Source: Amoebophrya sp. A120 (lineage: Eukaryota; Protista; Dinoflagellata). From it: a stretch of DNA of 64,000 nucleotides. A program made the translations under genes and the position numbers. The stretch spans positions 395,309-459,308 of the forward strand of contig CAJINV010000015.1 of NCBI GenBank assembly GCA_905178155.1, read 5' to 3'. The stretch's first letter is position 1. Each line of letters starts with the position of its first letter. Below, piece by piece: positions 58,661 to 64,000 of the stretch. The notes below the pieces were generated by a model. It was not told where the DNA came from. It searched no databases and saw only the letters and a program-made list of their open reading frames with translations.

Positions 58661-61600
58661 TCAAATTGTCCCTCCTGCAGCTTTCGGCGACGCACTCGGG
58701 ACCGGACTCCGCGCCATAGCCATCTGGCGGACAGGGCTTCCTGCACCACCCGAGGACGACTCCTGCGCTAGCAGCACCGTCGCGTCGCGGAGCTGGGAAT
58801 TGGGCGACGGGTTGTAGCTACCGGCGACAGGAGGGACGTCGATAGGGAGGCCGTTGTTTACACCAGGCGAAACGACCGCCGATTCCGCCTTCGCACTACC
58901 TTTTTTCATCTGCTTTTTATTCACCACAAACGGCAGATCCAGCTCCACCCACACTTCCTTCAGCACCTTCACGAAGTACTCCAAATCTTCATCCGAATGC
59001 AGCGGCCCCGGCGTCACCCGGATCCGCTCCGTGCCCCGCGGCACCGTCGGGTAGTTGATGGGCTGGATGTAAATCTGGTGCTGTTTCAAGAGTAAATCCG
59101 TCAACTGTTTGCACTTAACCGGGTCCCCGATGAACACCGGCACGATGTGGGAGCTGTTTTCCATGTAGGGCAAGTGGTTCTTCTGCAGCAGTTTCGTCAG
59201 ATATTTCACCTGCTTCTGTTGCCCTTTTATGAACTGCAAAAGTATCGCACTCGTATAAATGCATCACAAATTTTCTCAGCATGAGAAATAAAATTTGTAA
59301 TGCAAGTTTACCTTAAAAAGAAGATTTGTAATGCATGATTGCAATACGAGTACGATACTTTTGCACAGGATACCTTTTCGCTCCTTGTTGGACTTTTTCA
59401 AGTGCTGGACGGACGCTAGGGCGCCGGCCGCGACTATCCGAAGCAAAAACGTCCCCGCCCCATAGTCAAGTTGGGAAAATAGCAACACAAATCGCCAAGT
59501 TTTGGGAGCTGCGCATGACAAGTTTTCCTCTGCAGTGTAGTGCTGGTTGGCAAGGGAAGCCGCATGAGAGCGCCATTCTCTCAACCTGTTTGCAGCATTA
59601 CAAATTCCAAAACACGAATGGAAAAGCCTTTCATGGAGCTGCGCATTACAAATGCTCCTGTCATTGCGCATTTGCATGACAACTATAGGGTGGGGATGTT
59701 TTTCCTGAGGATAGCGACCACCGGGGGAACCGCGGTGGTGAAGATGAAAGACGACGCGTAGGAACGGACGCAGTCGATGTAGGCGGAGGAACTGTGTGTA
59801 AAACAAAGAGTCCGGGTACGGGTTTAGTCGTGTCATTTCATTTGGTCATGCTTGCTCATGCATCAACACATAGCATACATTCATAGATCATAGTATCATA
59901 AAGGATTTACAAGAACCTCAAGCCTATGTAATATACCCAGCGATGTATCCGCCGAACGCGCCAAACGCCTTGCCAAGCGTCCCGGTGATGATATCGAGCT
60001 CCAAGCCCTCCCTCTCCGCAATCCCGGCTCCCCGCTCTCCGTACATCCCGACGGCGTGCACCTCATCGCAGAAAGTCAAGCAGTTGTACTTGTTGGCCAG
60101 CTATGCATTGCAAAAGTACTATCGTTGTACTGGTAGAAATTGCAATACAAATTGGCTCAGCATTAGAAATCAAATCTGTAGTGCGGATTTCCCTTAACAC
60201 CTAGATTTGTAATGCATAAACTGCAATTAGTACGAGTGCGATACTTTTGCAATGCATACCAACGCGACAATCTCCGCCATTTTCGCGATCGACCCCGACA
60301 TGGAGTACACGGACTCAAACACGATCATTTTCGGGTATAACGTTCTCAACTGTTACATTCTCAATTGTTACATGAATTTGTGATGCAAGAATGGCAAAAG
60401 TGAAAGGGGGGTCCTGCGCGTCTTGCATGACAGACTTGGCCCCGATTATCAGCCTGCTTGGCCCTCTGCGAATTTGTCATGCGAAGCAGCTTGATGGTGT
60501 CGATTCTGAAGGCAATTTTGCATGACAAATCCATGTAACAGCTGAGAATGTAACAGTTGAGAACGCCATATCGGGTGCTCGAGCGGGTATTGCTTCAACA
60601 ACTTTTCCAAATCCTCCATGTCGTTGTGTTTGAAAATGTGCTTCTTACACTTCGATATCAAGTGCAGAAGTGTCTGGGTCTGGAAACTTGTAATGCTGCA
60701 GTGGGAATAGTGAATGCTCTGTAATGCACAGCCAAGCATGAGAAATATCTGCGCTTCTTTGTGTTGCGTGTTTCGCATGACAAACTGCGTTTTTGCATGA
60801 CAGGCGAAAGGGTCTCTTCTTTGACACGCATCACAAACTTTTTGGCCATGCCAGACAAGCATGACAAATCTCGCAATCTTCCAGACCCAGACATTTTTAC
60901 ATTTGATATTCGACTGCCGCATCCCGTCGATCATACTTGCGTGGTTGTCCGCGTCGGAGAACAGCACCAAATCCGGAATCAGCTTCGCAAACACCTGTAG
61001 CGACGCTTCGTTCGCGACGAAGCCGGAGGAGCAGACCAGCGCTTTCTCCATGTGGTGCAGATCGGCTAACTCTGTTTCCAACTCAACGTGAAAGCTTGTC
61101 GTGCCGGAAATGTTGCGCGTACCCCCCGCGCCCATGCCGGTGGAATCGAGCGCGTCGTGGGCGGCTTTCAACACTTTCGGGTGCTGCCCCATGCCGAGGT
61201 AATCGTTGCTGCAGAAAATTTTCACCACGGAGGGAAAGCCCTGGTTAGTGGCGTTGTTGTTTTCCTTGACTGACTTCTTCTTGCCCAGTTTGGTCGTGGA
61301 AGCTGGGGGGGTTGGAGATGAAGATGAAGAAACAAGTCCTGGGATGTCACGGCAATTCGCCGAACTGCAAGTAGTCGAGCTCGATGACGAAGTGCTCCCG
61401 CCGGCGGTACAAGAGCCCGGATCTCCTGGTCCGACATTGTCCTGCCGAAACACCGCGTTCGGAAACTGCCCGCATTGCCGCTGGAGATTTGCGAAGTGGC
61501 GGTACCGACCCTCCGCGTGGAGTTTGGAAATCGCCGATTGGAACGTTTTCGAATACAGTTGCTCCTTCATCTTGTGCTGCTCCCAGCTGATGTTGTGGTA

Positions 61601-62676
61601 ATTCGTTGAATTTTGGGATTTGAAATCCGAAATTGTTGCAGTTTGGCTCTTCACTTGTTTCGTCGGGGTCTGCAACAGATTAGTTTCTTGTTCCTCCTCC
61701 TCACTTTTCAACAACGGACAGCACTTCGCCGCGGCGGGAAAAGCGTTCAGCATCATTTGTTTCGTGTCTTCCGGAATCTTTCCCGTCTCCATGATCCGCT
61801 CGATAAGGGTTTTATTGTTGATGTTGTTGCTGGTGTTGAACGGAGTGGAAGTTGCGGTAGATGCAGCATTTGTCGCTTGAAGATGTTGAAAAGAGCCAGC
61901 CCCTTGAAGATGTCCTCCTCTCGATTTGTTATGCGGCCCCGCAGCTCCAGCAGCGTTGTTTTTGGCGTTAAATTGCTGCTGTTCCAGCGGCGTCATGAAC
62001 ATGTTGGACCCCAACATGAGGAACGGGCAACCGCCGCTCGCGCTGTGTCCTCCGGCGCTGCTCGCGGGGATTGGTGGGTGGCCGGGGGGAAGATCTTGGA
62101 CGAATTTCGGTTTGGTATTATTTCCTTGTTGCGTTTTTGCCGTGGTTTTGATAGTTCCAGCACCTGTAATCCCGTTCGTGTTTGTAACGGCATCGGTTTG
62201 AAGATGCAACTGTTGGTGTAGTCCTACTCCAGAAGCACCTCCGGCAGTATCCGATCCGGCACGGCTACGGGCAGTTGTCGGAGTAGAGGTCACCGTCGAG
62301 GCGGGGGTGGCGCAGTTGGTCGTGTAGTCCAGGTCATTCTTGATCACGACCTTGTCCTGAAATTTCGAGACCACCGGACACATCGACGCTTTGGCTTCCA
62401 ACTGAGCGGTGCTGTTGTAGAAGAGGGGTTTGTCTTGATGATGCGTTTGTGTTTAATAAAATTGTGTATTGCAAATGCAAAAATGCGAAGTCATGTTTGT
62501 GTTGGATGAGACAAAAGGCATCTTTGAAGCAGATCAAAATGATTGTCATACATCTTCCCAATGTTGTCTCCGGACGATTTCAGCAGCTGGCGCATGAAGG
62601 GACACAAGTTCTGCACGTCCGACAAGTTGTACTTGTTTTTCAGCTTCGACGTCAAAGCCTGCGCAGCCGCCGACAT
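58661..62676 (-). CDS. ALAS: 5-aminolevulinate synthase (mitochondrial, PLP-dependent); 7 introns
   Basis: CP heme-regulatory motifs; [63 protein letters not shown] and [14 protein letters not shown]. Confidence 0.97.
59228..59372. mobile_element. Introner family B
   Basis: TIRs; DR ccttt. Confidence 0.92.
59435..59713. mobile_element. Introner family C
   Basis: TIRs; DR gcgac; restores [11 protein letters not shown]. Confidence 0.92.
59792..59936 (-). other. Canonical GT-AG intron (ALAS)
   Basis: GG|GTATAT...ACACAG|T restores GGYIAGSSAYID. Confidence 0.88.
60102..60258. mobile_element. Introner family B
   Basis: TIRs; DR ccagc/ccaac; restores IVALANKY. Confidence 0.92.
60336..60570. mobile_element. 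Introner family D
   Basis: TIRs; DR tcggg; restores [13 protein letters not shown]. Confidence 0.92.
60656..60908. mobile_element. Introner family A
   Basis: TIRs; DR ttcga; restores [19 protein letters not shown]. Confidence 0.93.
62454..62503 (-). other. Putative 50-nt non-canonical intron bounded by a 9-nt direct repeat
   Basis: gtttgtgtt at 62445 and 62495; removal fuses the ALAS N-terminal ORF to the main ORF in frame. Confidence 0.6.
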
Positions 62677-64000
62677 CTTGATTGCGTGGCGGGCTGTCGT
62701 GCAGAATCCAAAAGTGGCACCACGAGGAACAAGTGTAAAGTAAGTGGGGGGTGAAAAGTTTATGCTTTACAAAATTGGGGTTTAGTGTTTTATGTTGCCC
62801 TCGCAAAACCGCAAAAATTTTGCGAGCGCAACGTGACTACCTTTCACAGCAACCTCATCTTGCTGTCTGGGTGGGTGGGGGATGCGCCACTTCTTTGCAT
62901 CAAGTAGTGCACCTCGTCCACGAGGTTTTTTCTTTGTAGTTTTGAGAAAATCGAAGACCTCCTAAAAGTGGATGGAAAATTGGGAAAATTGGAAGTGGAA
63001 CAAAAAAAGGCGGAAATTATCAGAGGCTCTCATTAGGATTAGTACAATGAGGGAAATTGTTATGTGACTTCAGCGTACTGAAGTTGTTCTACTGTACATG
63101 TACTACGTTGGTGCAAAACAACGCTGGCTTGACTTATAGCCTCGGAAATTATCCTTGAGGCGCTTTACACAAGAAAGTCAAGAATATTTGAAAATTGAAT
63201 CAGCCTCAGGTTCTTCTCAGAGTCAAAGAAACAGCTGACAAAAAAAGATTCGCTCAAAGAAAGGAAAGTAAGAAGCTAACCACTCGTCAGAGTCAGACTC
63301 GTACAACTTCAACTTCTAGCACAACAAGATGAACTGTAACTTCCATAATGAAGTCAAAACAATACCCGGACCGCCTCTCGCGGCAGAAAAAAAGAAAACT
63401 AAGGATGTTGCGCAGTTTCAAGCCACAAATGATGTGGAAAGTTGCTTCGAGTATCTTTGCATGCAGAATCTTCACATTTCTGACAATTACGTACCGACCC
63501 AAAGAAATCCGCTATTTCTGCAGCTGCATCACTGTAGTTTGTTACGGCTGTGAAGCTACATGAGAGTTTAGATGTTGAACGAAGAACGTGCATATTGATA
63601 CGGCGACCTTGTTGTGCTCACTCGAAGACAAAAAAGACTACGGCCCTTTCGTAAGTCTAAGTAAGTAGGTTTTTGAGAAAGCGCTTGTTCTTCTAGGACG
63701 AACGACCCAACAGAGCGAACACCGAGTTGTAGCCGTTCGAATCGCTCTATCGGTTTTCCGGCTCGACAGATGATCGCTTCTCCTGACGACCACGACATTG
63801 CGAATGTTTAGATACAGTTTTGGTTGGTTCAGTTCGTTCGTTTTGTGTGAAAAAGCACGAGGACCACGAAGACTACTATGACAAAATCTGCATGAACTTC
63901 TCGGTTCTACGTAGGTGTGAGACATTCGATTCGACTTTTTTGTTGAGAGTGATAAAAAGTTGTTGTCAGCTTTGCATACTTGATTTGAGAGCAGCGTCAT

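Noticed and set aside
3042-60908. Recurring 30-nt repeats read as a CRISPR array
   Set aside because: They are inverted pairs bounding dispersed elements inside eukaryotic genes; there is no regular direct repeat-spacer structure and no cas genes.
60449-60908. Long novel insertion or C-terminus in ALAS as given by the 650-aa ORF
   Set aside because: This is read-through into a stop-free, in-frame introner (258 nt with its DR); removal restores the canonical ALAS sequence.
2627-61091. Many short ORFs sharing peptides such as [19 protein letters not shown] and LPDPDIFAFD as a protein family
   Set aside because: They are translations of family-A TIRs in different frames and strands.
44728-62676. 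eIF3c and ALAS as transposon-disrupted pseudogenes
   Set aside because: The reconstructed exons have no stops or frameshifts and conserved motifs are intact across more than 25 insertions; not proven without transcripts.
1-64000. Autonomous transposase, reverse transcriptase or maturase for the elements
   Set aside because: I recognised no DDE, RT, Y-recombinase or HUH motifs in any ORF or reconstructed gene in this window.
1-64000. tRNA, rRNA, snRNA or spliced-leader genes
   Set aside because: None recognisable by eye; a covariance-model search (Infernal/tRNAscan-SE) would be needed to exclude them.

Overview
Eukaryotic (alveolate-type) genomic DNA, most consistent with the parasitic dinoflagellate Amoebophrya (Syndiniales); this assignment is inferred from gene content and intron architecture, not from a search. 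All 11 protein genes I could reconstruct lie on the minus strand: two tandem GT32/DXD glycosyltransferase paralogues, two paralogous low-complexity proteins, an IQ-motif protein, a membrane-anchored AsaB/CmcJ-like oxidoreductase, an MZB1-like ER protein ending in KAEL, an MFS transporter, a hypothetical protein, eIF3c and 5-aminolevulinate synthase (ALAS). About 70 MITE-like elements, typically 137-400 nt, interrupt the genes. Nearly all read TAT...ATA with family-specific terminal inverted repeats (TIRs) and are flanked by a 5-nt direct repeat (DR). Deleting the element plus one DR copy restores conserved reading frames (checked by hand in ALAS, eIF3c, the MFS gene and others), and the junctions are not GT-AG. 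Such introner elements have been reported in Amoebophrya. What looks under-described here: (i) a shared octamer GCAT(G/C/T)ACA arrayed with conserved, roughly helical-turn spacing across TIR families and also present in canonical introns; (ii) the same elements are removed in both orientations; (iii) element lengths cluster near multiples of 10.5 bp; (iv) nested, cargo-bearing and apparently 'canonicalised' elements. All coordinates were read by eye and may be off by a few nt.
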